A program made the position numbers and the translations under genes. The notes beneath the pieces were generated by a model that was not told the DNA's origin, did no database searches, and saw only the letters and a program-made list of their open reading frames with translations. Shown here piece after piece: positions 52,501 through 59,179 of a DNA stretch of 61,471 bases; the stretch's first letter is position 1; each line of letters starts with the position of its first letter. The stretch covers positions 1-61,471 of the forward strand of contig JAOUGE010000006.1 in assembly GCA_029865605.1 (NCBI GenBank). Direction: 5' to 3'. The stretch comes from Candidatus Berkelbacteria bacterium (GTDB lineage Bacteria; Patescibacteriota; UBA1384; DTJR01).

Positions 52501-53754
52501 GCGAATTTCGTCAAGCTGACCCTGGTAAAAATAATTTGTATGGCTCCAGTTGCTACCAATAAGTGCATTAAAAGCCGCGTTGCTAGTTTTGGGTGCGACA
52601 GGGGCGGTGATTTCTGTTGTTGAGATTAATGAACCATCTTTGTAAAAAATCGGGTCATCATCAACCGTGGAATAGACATAAGTGGTTGTTAAAAAGCTCC
52701 ACTGGTTCTGAGTAATGGTACCGCTTGGAGAATAATAATAGGCGCCGCTTGTCCAGCCAGTATAATAGCGGAGTTGCGAACTGTAGGTAGAAAAGTCTAT
52801 ACCCCCCTTATTAATTATGCCTCGCCAATCACTTCCTACGGGATTATTTGTCGGTCTTGCCCAGGCCTGATAAGTCATTGGAGTCACATTATCAATTGAG
52901 TCATGGCTTCCAGCATCAAAATAGGCAGATGAGCCGTCAAAGCCAATTGCCCCGCCAATTTTACTAGTGTCGTTATAAGTGAGAGTTCCATTTGCAACTC
53001 CAGTATTATTGCCCGTTGAATCAGTTATATTCCCACTGGCTTGATTCATATGCCAAACAGCGGCATATCCATTTGTCCACACATTCACCGCGTCAGATTG
53101 GTCAGTGGCAGAGGGGTTGCCGTAATCAATATAGATATAGTCAGTGTTGGAGGAGGCGTCTATTTGAGGGATTTTGACCCAGGCGATGGACTCACCAGTG
53201 GGGTCTTTTTTCTCCCACTCCCATTTGAGAGCTGTTCCGTCAGCTTCTTTAAAGATAACGTCATCCATATCCGCCTGGATTTTGCCAGACCAGGAGAGAG
53301 AGGCATTATCAAGTTTGAGCATGACTGGGAAATCAGTCAGGTTTTCCGCTTGGGCTGAATTGTCAAAACTAATCTTGCGACGATAAGAATAGGCGCTATC
53401 ATAGAAAGTCGGAGCGGAGGAGTTATACCAGCTCCCGCTCCTTCCGGTCAATTTGATCTCATCAGAGGTCGTGGTAACACCTGTATTTGTCCCCAGATCC
53501 CAGTCCGCGGAGGATGATTTAGCAATGCTGGTCTGGCTTGAAGCCAGAAGGGAAGTCATAAAATAGGAAATCAGAACAAGAAAGACCAATGAAATGTAAA
53601 AAGCAAAAGAGAACCGCCGCTTTTCTTTGTCAATTCCAAGGGCAACTACTGCCGCTAACAGGTTTGTTGCTCCTGATTTTAGACCACTAGAAACCCTTCG
53701 GAGTACTCTTAGACCACCACCCAAAAACGCTTTGGGCAAATCCCTCCTATTCAT
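46516..53754 (-). CDS. Giant surface protein (2412 aa) with four DUF2341-plus-LamG-like modules and an FN3-like stalk
   Basis: Has an N-terminal TM anchor and a C-terminal hydrophobic tail. The motif Y(S/T)YRRKITFDNSAQAENLT.FPV occurs four times, at about aa 121, 453, 786 and 1135. The stalk is paralogous to that of the neighbouring giant gene. Confidence 0.8.
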   Translation of the reverse strand: MNRRDLPKAFLGGGLRVLRRVSSGLKSGATNLLAAVVALGIDKEKRRFSFAFYISLVFLVLISYFMTSLLASSQTSIAKSSSADWDLGTNTGVTTTSDEIKLTGRSGSWYNSSAPTFYDSAYSYRRKISFDNSAQAENLTDFPVMLKLDNASLSWSGKIQADMDDVIFKEADGTALKWEWEKKDPTGESIAWVKIPQIDASSNTDYIYIDYGNPSATDQSDAVNVWTNGYAAVWHMNQASGNITDSTGNNTGVANGTLTYNDTSKIGGAIGFDGSSAYFDAGSHDSIDNVTPMTYQAWARPTNNPVGSDWRGIINKGGIDFSTYSSQLRYYTGWTSGAYYYSPSGTITQNQWSFLTTTYVYSTVDDDPIFYKDGSLISTTEITAPVAPKTSNAAFNALIGSNWSHTNYFYQGQLDEIRISNVIRSAPWIAAEYKNQGDNNFTSVGDEGTLDGFTYRRTITFDNSAQAENLTNFPVMVKATNDELNWASLVQADLDDVIFVDSDNSTLLDFEWEEKDSSGESISFVQVPQIDASSSSDYVYMYYGSATAADQTNPAGVWSNDYISRYSLADASGHLTDSTTNYTSTAETNLTYSVTGEIGNAIELNGTDSVANLSDIIELNSASAFTFSCWMNQDVIDVSDNIFQKYNGTSAILRLWTTSTGNLTPVVTAGAASRGEFDYSTVYTAGTWARVTVVYDGSQADNPGRLKLYINGDNQTMSYVGTIPAIGPNLATFDAFIGGGTNPFDGKIDEVQLSSSPRSADWIKASYLSESDQFTTFGAPQNSDNYSYRRKITFNNADQAENLVNFPVVVKANNSSLAWSTLIQADMDDVIFVDADDTTPLSFEWETKAPAGDSIAWVKVPQINLSSSADYIYMYYGNGTTSDYSHQRGVWDSNTVANYHMNQPSGHLSDSKGSYNSTAETNLTYSATGKIGNAIEFNGTDSNANIGDVTQLNSASAFTTSFWMNQDVLDQNDNILLKQLDGSNLIQISPRATGSFGFFIYNGSSAFGYWDYSTTISAGSWFHISMVYDGTQVDNATRLKVYVNGSAIALSYSGTIPTTTPNLAGYPATIGRSSEAFDGKLDEFKISSNARSAPWIAAEYKNQTDTFNYIGAAEGKNYPITADGAWYAGAGGTWSYRQKITVDHTKVASDLTDFPMLVKITDGANAVFDNAQSDADDILFTTSNGTTKLSHEIEKFTTSSGTRELDAWVKTNLSTSTDTVLYMYYGNAGVASQQDQANVWEANYKGVWHLNEASGTVYDATSNNNDGATSGTVSFGQTGKVNSAMSLAASGSGYVNFASFGNFQPPITISAWINPSTTNGEVIFGTSPYSIYFRKEATTNRLYSQYRNGSGTWKNIFGNGSKPISVNSWSRVSLTYTSGVGGKLYLNGEDITASSDVDSSLYTSTTAQIGRHDGGSYFTGLVDEVTSATTVRTPEWIATEYANQNSPSTFFSLASEAKTASYASPTGTGGGSGIINTLWNGGWGSPNGFSSNVTIPANTSISYQIRSSAVGGPNDGDWTAWGSLGTAIATGTYNVPNGSMPAITLGANKYLQVRSFLTTTDGQSTPVLADYTIYYLEDVDPPTNPTTTGLTIGGVAQTTGTWTNDIGAVSTSFSGATDTESGVAGYYLYLGTDSGADPSTYQAHVGAGGDTQTWATGTTLSSADDGKTYYLRAKTKDNSNNTPAAATLFTFSLDTTPPTRPDYITANPAGYTTTNSFDFTWPAGTDPVGGGGGASGIAYYQYKRSTDGSWTDTAGPDDRAANDITAYQEGANTFYVRTVDTADNISTTYTQVTYYWSGEAPPKPVNLDVAPLSSDTNSFTISWDKPSQDPGESPIIGYYFSFNEPPTALNTTYIASTDAHVSIGPDSYATQQGENTVYVTSRNEAGIGSFLPEYYASDTFTCNTAAPPIPTSVSIYDSSDKVLQRFSISLNWLAGVGQDPSSFDHYLIERSTNGTDYSTLATTANASFINTDLSDAITYYYRVKAVDNAGSTSAASTIVSLKPSGKYTSPPPLLTAPTVITRPHEAEISWLTERTSTSFIRYSTDENDLSELKGQEEWVISHKVTLTGLKANAKYYYKTQSFDLYRDYALESAYSTTHTFITPDAPSISKVEVANITLTSADIKWETTTIATSTLHYGKTSSYGKDIEDISGISSTQHSTKLSALEHSTNYHFEITATDIDGNELSSDDYSFETLPIPKIISFKLTRLEDRATQSAKVTFETNVETSTVVKYQAAGAVEQEIVKSKLEKTHDVEIADLLDNAKYTIYAQGKDQFGNVATSDKLNYETPFDTRPPKVEKIEYEVSTVGLLSGKAQIIVSFTTDEPAQAYVEYGEGLGGGYTRQTSKEDILKTSHVKIISELDPMQTYHFRVNALDKSGNTSTSSEYVFATGQATESILNIILRALRSVFGWMM
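49344..53400 (-). repeat. Four tandem intragenic modules of about 1 kb
   Basis: Recurrent nucleotide blocks such as GGTTTTCCGCTTGGGC near 53340, 52340 and 51350. Confidence 0.7.
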
Positions 53755-53762
53755 ACATTTTT

Positions 53763-53792
53763 AGTATAACAAAAAAAATTAATGTAAGTCAA
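53763..53792 (-). promoter_or_regulatory. Promoter TTGACT-18-TATACT for the giant-gene operon
   Basis: Read on the minus strand. The -10 ends 8 nt before the ATG, implying a leaderless or near-leaderless mRNA. Confidence 0.45.
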
Positions 53793-53827
53793 AAGTGCAA
53801 GTCAGGAGGGAAATCCCTTTCGATTTT

Positions 53828-54436
53828 TTACTTCAGTAGCCTCGCTACTAAATATCCGACGCCAAACGGGCCTTCATAGGACAAAATTACCGGTTCTATT
53901 CTGGTCTTTAATGCTTTCAGGATACCTAAAATGAAACAGAATGAGCGCAACCCGCAGTCTCCGGCTTCAGGATATTTTGCCTCGAGATTAAATAACGCCT
54001 CGAAGCTCTCTTTTTTCAGATTTTCAATCAATTCTTGGTCAAATTTCGGTCCCTGCTCGTGAAATCCATATGGCCCACCCTCTTTTAAACGATGTGATAG
54101 ATCACCGGAGGCGATTAAGATATATTTTTTGTTGGCGTCGAGAGATTTTGCCTGATTTTGGCCAATTTTGAAATATTCTTTGGGCGGCTCAAAGCCGGTC
54201 AGGATTTTATTGACTTTACCATTGAAACCGGGCGCTGCAAATTGAAGAGGCACATTAAAGCCCCAATCTTCGTGCGGGGAGCTGATAATTATTTCGTCAA
54301 ATTTCTTATTCTTTAGCTCCTCGCCGATTTTCTCCATTGCCTTGATCGTATTTTTAGCTCTTTGTCGGTCTTGGGCAGTGCCAATCTTGGGCAAGAGAAT
54401 CGGAGCATGGGGCATTATCGCGGCGTAGATTATCAT
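53828..54436 (-). CDS. LigB/Memo-like (class III extradiol dioxygenase fold) protein
   Basis: MPHAPILLP and ASGDLSHRL motifs. Overlaps the upstream radical SAM gene by 4 nt. Confidence 0.55.
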   Translation of the reverse strand: MIIYAAIMPHAPILLPKIGTAQDRQRAKNTIKAMEKIGEELKNKKFDEIIISSPHEDWGFNVPLQFAAPGFNGKVNKILTGFEPPKEYFKIGQNQAKSLDANKKYILIASGDLSHRLKEGGPYGFHEQGPKFDQELIENLKKESFEALFNLEAKYPEAGDCGLRSFCFILGILKALKTRIEPVILSYEGPFGVGYLVARLLK

Positions 54437-55476
54437 TTGAAGATCCCGTAAATTTTTGTCTTACATTTTGGGCAAGCGCCTCTAAAACCGGTGCTTAAAT
54501 TATGAGTCCCGTTTCTTTCAATAATTACCTTCTTGCATTTTGGACAGACCGTCTGGAAACACATTCGGCCCCGAAGGGGCCCCTTCGGGGCGATATTGCC
54601 GCAGTATACATAATGAAGGCCAACTTTTTTGCCGATTTCATAGGCCTTGAATAATTCCTCGGCTCGGGTCGCTTCGACATCGGTCATTTTGTAGGTTGGG
54701 AAAAAGGCGCTGATGTGCCAAGGGATATCGGGCGAGACGGATTTGATAAATTTGGCTAAGTCAGTTATTTCCTTTTTGGAATTGTTTTTGCCCGGCACCA
54801 GAAGGGTAGTGATTTCAAGATGTTTTTTTGCCCCAAAAATGCGCTTAATTGATTCTTTTACTGGCTTGATGCGGGATTTGCAGACCCTACGGTAATAATC
54901 GTCGGAGAAAGATTTAAGGTCAATATTGAAAGCGTCGGTATAAGGTTTGATATAGTCAAAACATTCTTCGGTAAAATAGCCGTTTGAGACATAGACGCCA
55001 AAAAGCTTTTGTTTACGGGCTAGCTTCATAACGTCGATGGCGTATTCGGAGAATATGGTTGGCTCGTTGTAAGTGAAGGCAATTGAGCGGATTTTATTTA
55101 CAAGGCAATAATTGACGATTTCCTTAGGTGGGAGCTCATAACCGAGTTTTTCAACATCAACTCCGTCTTTTTTGCTAGCTTGGGAAATATCGAAGTTTTG
55201 GCAGAAGTCGCATCCAAAATTGCAGCCGACTGTTCCGATTGAAAAAATCTCCGTGCCGGGGAGGAAATGATAAAGAGGTTTCTTCTCAATCGGGTCAATA
55301 TTGGCTGAGATGACGCGTCCGTGAACGAGGAGATTAAGTTTACCGGCGACGTTTTTGCGGACGCCGCAGATGCCGGTTTTGTTCGGCGCGATTTTACAGC
55401 GATGGTTGCAGGCGGTGCATTCAACTAGGCCTTTGGGGAGTTTTTTGAAGAGAACCGCAGTTTTCGTTTTTGCCAT
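54433..55476 (-). CDS. AmmeMemoRadiSam-system radical SAM enzyme-like protein
   Basis: N-terminal CTACNHRCKI...GICGVR cluster and CNFGCDFCQN radical SAM motif. Has a C-terminal CPKC...CPKC zinc-ribbon extension. Confidence 0.75.
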   Translation of the reverse strand: MAKTKTAVLFKKLPKGLVECTACNHRCKIAPNKTGICGVRKNVAGKLNLLVHGRVISANIDPIEKKPLYHFLPGTEIFSIGTVGCNFGCDFCQNFDISQASKKDGVDVEKLGYELPPKEIVNYCLVNKIRSIAFTYNEPTIFSEYAIDVMKLARKQKLFGVYVSNGYFTEECFDYIKPYTDAFNIDLKSFSDDYYRRVCKSRIKPVKESIKRIFGAKKHLEITTLLVPGKNNSKKEITDLAKFIKSVSPDIPWHISAFFPTYKMTDVEATRAEELFKAYEIGKKVGLHYVYCGNIAPKGPLRGRMCFQTVCPKCKKVIIERNGTHNLSTGFRGACPKCKTKIYGIFK

Positions 55477-55477
55477 T

Positions 55478-56101
55478 TTAGCTTTTACTTTCTATCAGTG
55501 GAACAAAAACGAAGCCGGGGTATTCTCTGCTTGACAGTTTGCCCTGTTTGTCTTTTGTGATTTTGTAAATCGAAGTGCTGATTGGGATTACCAAAGCGCC
55601 TCCGTTTTTGAGCTGTTTAATTAACTCTTGGGGCAGATTTTTGGCGGAAGCGGAGACGAGGATTTTATTAAATGGAGCTTCTTTGGCTAAGCCGACAGTT
55701 TTTGCCGCCGGCAGGATTTGGGCGTTAGAAAACGGGTATTTTTTCAGATTTTCTTGCCCGAATTCGGCTAGTTCGGGGATTTTTTCGATTCCTATGACTT
55801 GGCCCTTTTGGCCTACGATTTGGGCCAAGAGAGCTGTTGTCCAGCCCGAGCCGCTGCCGACATCCAGGATCTTATTGCCGGTTTTTGGCTGTAAAAGCTC
55901 CAACATAAAGGCGACCGTTGTTGGTTGGGAAATAGTCTGGTTAAAGCCGATTGGAAGAGGATAATCGGCGTAGGCTTCGTTTTTAAAGTCATCTTTTATA
56001 AAATCGACTCGGTCGATTTTTTGAAAAGCATCAGCGATTAGTTTTGTCCGCAGTACACCAGCGCGCTTTAGATGCTTGATTAGTTCGTCGTTATCTCTCA
56101 T
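55478..56101 (-). CDS. pcm: Protein-L-isoaspartate O-methyltransferase
   Basis: ISQPTTVAFMLELL and ILDVGSGSGWTTALLA SAM-binding motif. Confidence 0.85.
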   Translation of the reverse strand: MRDNDELIKHLKRAGVLRTKLIADAFQKIDRVDFIKDDFKNEAYADYPLPIGFNQTISQPTTVAFMLELLQPKTGNKILDVGSGSGWTTALLAQIVGQKGQVIGIEKIPELAEFGQENLKKYPFSNAQILPAAKTVGLAKEAPFNKILVSASAKNLPQELIKQLKNGGALVIPISTSIYKITKDKQGKLSSREYPGFVFVPLIESKS

Positions 56102-56363
56102 GAAAGATTACCCCCTCGCTTTTAAGCAAAGACAGTTTTTGTGTCTTTCCTCTATTATACTCTCCGGGCTTGCCGTCGGAGCGAATGACTCTGTGGCAAG
56201 GAATTTTGGGATTATAGTTTTGGGCTAGGGTGTTACCGGCGGCGCGGTAGGCAAGGGGCCGGCCGGCAAGACGGGCAACTTCTTTATAGCTAAGAGTTTT
56301 TCCTTTTGGGATTTTAGAGGTGATTTTGAGGACTTTTTGGGAAAAGGGCGGGAGCTTTTTCAT
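56091..56363 (-). CDS. ogt: Methylated-DNA--protein-cysteine methyltransferase (DNA-binding/active-site domain only)
   Basis: IPCHRVIRSDG active site. Start reset to MKKLPPF at 56363, because the 61-aa extension in the ORF track runs into island H. Confidence 0.75.
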   Translation of the reverse strand: MKKLPPFSQKVLKITSKIPKGKTLSYKEVARLAGRPLAYRAAGNTLAQNYNPKIPCHRVIRSDGKPGEYNRGKTQKLSLLKSEGVIFHER

Positions 56364-56374
56364 TTTGGATGAGG

Positions 56375-56402
56375 GGGGTGCGGCGATACACCGCCGCACC
56401 CC
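56375..56402 (-). terminator. 11-bp GC hairpin GGGGTGCGGCG-N6-CGCCGCACCCC
   Basis: Direct reading. No U-run. Ends 12 nt upstream of the ogt ATG. Confidence 0.4.
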
Positions 56403-56406
56403 GGAA

Positions 56407-56742
56407 TCACTGGCCGATCTGGCCGAGGATAGCTTCGATTGTCTCTCCGCAGGCGTGGGTGGCCCCGTTAAGGCGAACGAAGCCGCGGTCGGCCCGTTCG
56501 GCAATGACCAGGCAGTCGGGGAGTTGCCTCGCGCACTCTGCTGCAAGTTGCTCGGCCTCCTCTGGGGGGAAACCGATCAGCACCAGCAGGGAACACCCCT
56601 CTTTACGCGCACGGTTTACACGCTCGTCTGGGGCTAGCCAGCGGGCATCGTGTCCCCTATCTTGGAGCGTCTGGACTATCCTAGACGCTCGCTCAAATCG
56701 GCCGTCTTTGATGTCTGGGATGAGAACGAGCGCCTTTGGCAT
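56407..56742 (-). CDS. Hypothetical protein (111 aa)
   Basis: GGAGAAGGAGGTGAG SD. Alternating beta-alpha pattern (KALVLIPD..., LLVLIGFP...) suggests a flavodoxin/receiver-like fold. That fold call is speculative. Confidence 0.5.
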   Translation of the reverse strand: MPKALVLIPDIKDGRFERASRIVQTLQDRGHDARWLAPDERVNRARKEGCSLLVLIGFPPEEAEQLAAECARQLPDCLVIAERADRGFVRLNGATHACGETIEAILGQIGQ

Positions 56743-56787
56743 GCTCTCACCTCCTTCTCCCAGACGCAGTGGTTTACTGACGGTTAA

Positions 56788-56816
56788 AATGTAAACCTAA
56801 ATAGCTCTTTCGTCAA
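56788..56816 (-). promoter_or_regulatory. Promoter TTGACG-17-TACATT
   Basis: Read on the minus strand in the AT-rich flank of island H. Same -10 as the groES promoter. Confidence 0.5.
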
Positions 56817-56907
56817 GATTCCCCCCTCTTGAATTAGCTTTTTGGTTTATTTAAAATAGTATTAGACGCAAATTTAGAGCTGGATTTCGTAAGCTATAAG
56901 AGAGGGG

Positions 56908-57180
56908 GTGATGGGAGTGGATACAAAGAAGACTCCTTTGGCAGTCGCGGTTTTTGTCGAAATCGCCTACCTTATTTTATTGGCCTTTACCGCGATTATT
57001 CCGGAGACCGTTAGAAAAGTTGTCCAAACTTGGAAGCCGGGGACGTATCTAGGGCCGATCTGGTCAGAGGAAATGCTTAGTGCAACGAACATCATTGTCG
57101 GCATAGTCAGCTTATTCATAGTCGCTTATCTTGCAACTTTGGTTTTTGTAGTTGTTTATCAGGCAATTGCCAAGAAATAA
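56908..57180 (+). CDS. Small membrane protein (about 90 aa, 2 TM)
   Basis: GAGGGGG SD. Exact start (GTG 56908, ATG 56911 or GTG 56917) is uncertain. Confidence 0.45.
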   Translation: MMGVDTKKTPLAVAVFVEIAYLILLAFTAIIPETVRKVVQTWKPGTYLGPIWSEEMLSATNIIVGIVSLFIVAYLATLVFVVVYQAIAKK

Positions 57181-57374
57181 GATTGAGTCAACAAACACCG
57201 CTTGGGTGGTGTTCGTTTTGGTGTTGGTTTCCCCTGGCTGGACCAGTTCAGAACTATGGATTAGGTGGAAGTATTTAGATGTCCCGAGGTTGTTTTAATA
57301 CAAACAAAACAATTGTTAACTAACCTTAACACTCCACAGAATTAATTTACAAGAGAAATCGGGTTGCTTTTTGA

Positions 57375-57707
57375 TTACCTGGGCTTTCCTAAATCAGCAA
57401 TGGTTTTAATTGCTACCACTAAACCAGAAGCTGCAATGAAAGTAAGGAAGTTGGCAAAAACTGTCCCTGTCCAATCAGCTAAGCTGACACCTAGGACAGA
57501 CAACGCTTGCAAACTACCAACGCCAATTACTATCAAAGCAATTACAGCAATAAGGTAGGATTGCTGTTCTTCCTTTGCCACATTTAGAAACCCGACAATT
57601 AATCCCAAAATCAACAAAACTACCGCCAAATTAGCGATAGCAAAAAAGCCGGCTAAAATTGCTAAAATTACACCGGCAATAAACGCCCACTTTCCTACAT
57701 TAACCAT
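57375..57707 (-). CDS. Hypothetical membrane protein (110 aa, 4 TM)
   Basis: Continuous hydrophobic segments. Confidence 0.5.
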   Translation of the reverse strand: MVNVGKWAFIAGVILAILAGFFAIANLAVVLLILGLIVGFLNVAKEEQQSYLIAVIALIVIGVGSLQALSVLGVSLADWTGTVFANFLTFIAASGLVVAIKTIADLGKPR

Positions 57708-57833
57708 TTGCCCCCCTTAAATTTCTCTATTTTGAATCGACTCTAAATATAGTTTATAAAAAAGGGGGAAGTTGTCAAGGTTTGAAAAAATCGTCAAGAA
57801 TAATTCTGAGGCTGGGATTTGCTCTCATACTTT

Positions 57834-57907
57834 TGGCTCCCGGGCTTGGATTCGAACCAAGATTAGCTGATCCAGAGTCAGCTGTCCTGCCGTTAGACGA
57901 CCCGGGA
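57834..57907 (-). tRNA. tRNA-Gln (anticodon CUG), CCA encoded
   Basis: Acceptor TCCCGGG/CCCGGGA, anticodon loop CTCTGGA, T-arm TTGG-TTCGAAT-CCAA. Confidence 0.85.
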
Positions 57908-58058
57908 ATGTTCCGGTGGATAGACATCATCTCGTGTCCTGTCCGCCCAAATGAGATTTGGGCGAGATCTCGCCCGATCGTGAACGATATAGGCGGATCA
58001 CTAAACGACCTCCGAATAACGGGTACAGAATAGCATAAATCGCTATTTTAGGCAACGG

Positions 58059-58067
58059 TGATATAAT
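58059..58067 (+). promoter_or_regulatory. Extended -10 TGATATAAT
   Basis: Lies 15 nt upstream of the ATG at 58082. Confidence 0.5.
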
Positions 58068-58081
58068 TTTAGTTGAGGGGT

Positions 58082-59179
58082 ATGGATTATCTTAAAATAG
58101 TCAAAACATCTTGGCAAATTGTAAAAAAGTACCGTTTTATCTGGTGGCTGGGGCTTTTGGCAATGTTTGTGGAAGGAGGGTCAGCGGGGGTCATTAGTTG
58201 GAATCCGGCTAACTCATTGACCTATATCATAAATGGGAACAATCAGAGCGGCTATGAGCAGCAAATCCAAGATTATTTTGATGAGCCGACCCCTGCCGAT
58301 GAGGAGGCGTTGCCGGAGGAAGGAGATATGACGCCGGTTGAGCAGGCAGCGGCAGTAGCTTGGAATGAGGGAAGGGTTTTGGGCGATGAGGTATCGGCAG
58401 TTGATGACGAAGGAGAACCAGAAGAAGATAGTAATGATTCGGATTTGGCCTATGGGTTGGTCGCCGTAGGACTGACAGTTGGCCTTTTATTGTTAGCGCT
58501 TGGCTTGGTTTTATATTATGTTGGGAGCTCGGCCAGAGCAGGAATTATTCTTTCAGTTGACGAGCTGGAGGAGGGAGGCAAGGGACTCGGGTTTAAAGAG
58601 GCCTTTCATCGCGGCAGGGGTTTTGCCTGGCGGCTGGTCGGGTTAAAGTTTCTTATTATACTGATTAATATTGTTATTTTGGCCCTGTTGTCTTTGCCGG
58701 CGATTTTAGTGCTTGCTCTTAACCAGTCAGTTGTTTCCATTGTCATTGCCGTTCTTTACGGGGTGACGGCGATTGTGATTTGGGTTATAGCGGCGATTTA
58801 TTTAAATCTTGCCGAAACTCTGGCAGCCAGGGCATTGGTTTTGAAAAATGGGAAGATTTTAGATGTGTTTGAGCAGGCAAGAGGACTTATAAAATCTCGT
58901 TTTGTTCAGGTTATTTTGAGTTATCTCGTCAGTTACTTGGTGATGTTGATAGTTGGTATGATTATATTTTTGGCGATCCTCCTGTTCATTGCGATTTTTG
59001 GACTGATGGGTTTCTTGGTTTTTCTTCTTTCTCAATTTTGTGCGGTTATTTACGCCGTTATGGCAATAACGGTTTTGGCACTTGCTTCACTGGTAGTGTC
59101 AGCCGGCCTAACCGGCTTTATCGCAACCTATTGGACTTTAGTGTATCGAGAACTGAAAGCGGTCAAAAAACCAGCTTAA
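58082..59179 (+). CDS. Hypothetical polytopic membrane protein with acidic extracytoplasmic loop
   Basis: Start reset to the ATG at 58082 (GAGGGG SD). About 6 TM segments. Confidence 0.55.
   Translation: MDYLKIVKTSWQIVKKYRFIWWLGLLAMFVEGGSAGVISWNPANSLTYIINGNNQSGYEQQIQDYFDEPTPADEEALPEEGDMTPVEQAAAVAWNEGRVLGDEVSAVDDEGEPEEDSNDSDLAYGLVAVGLTVGLLLLALGLVLYYVGSSARAGIILSVDELEEGGKGLGFKEAFHRGRGFAWRLVGLKFLIILINIVILALLSLPAILVLALNQSVVSIVIAVLYGVTAIVIWVIAAIYLNLAETLAARALVLKNGKILDVFEQARGLIKSRFVQVILSYLVSYLVMLIVGMIIFLAILLFIAIFGLMGFLVFLLSQFCAVIYAVMAITVLALASLVVSAGLTGFIATYWTLVYRELKAVKKPA

Larger units (their letters stand above)
56368..56765. other. GC-rich island H
   Basis: Composition shift. Single ORF plus a hairpin, wedged between a promoter and ogt. 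Confidence 0.7.
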
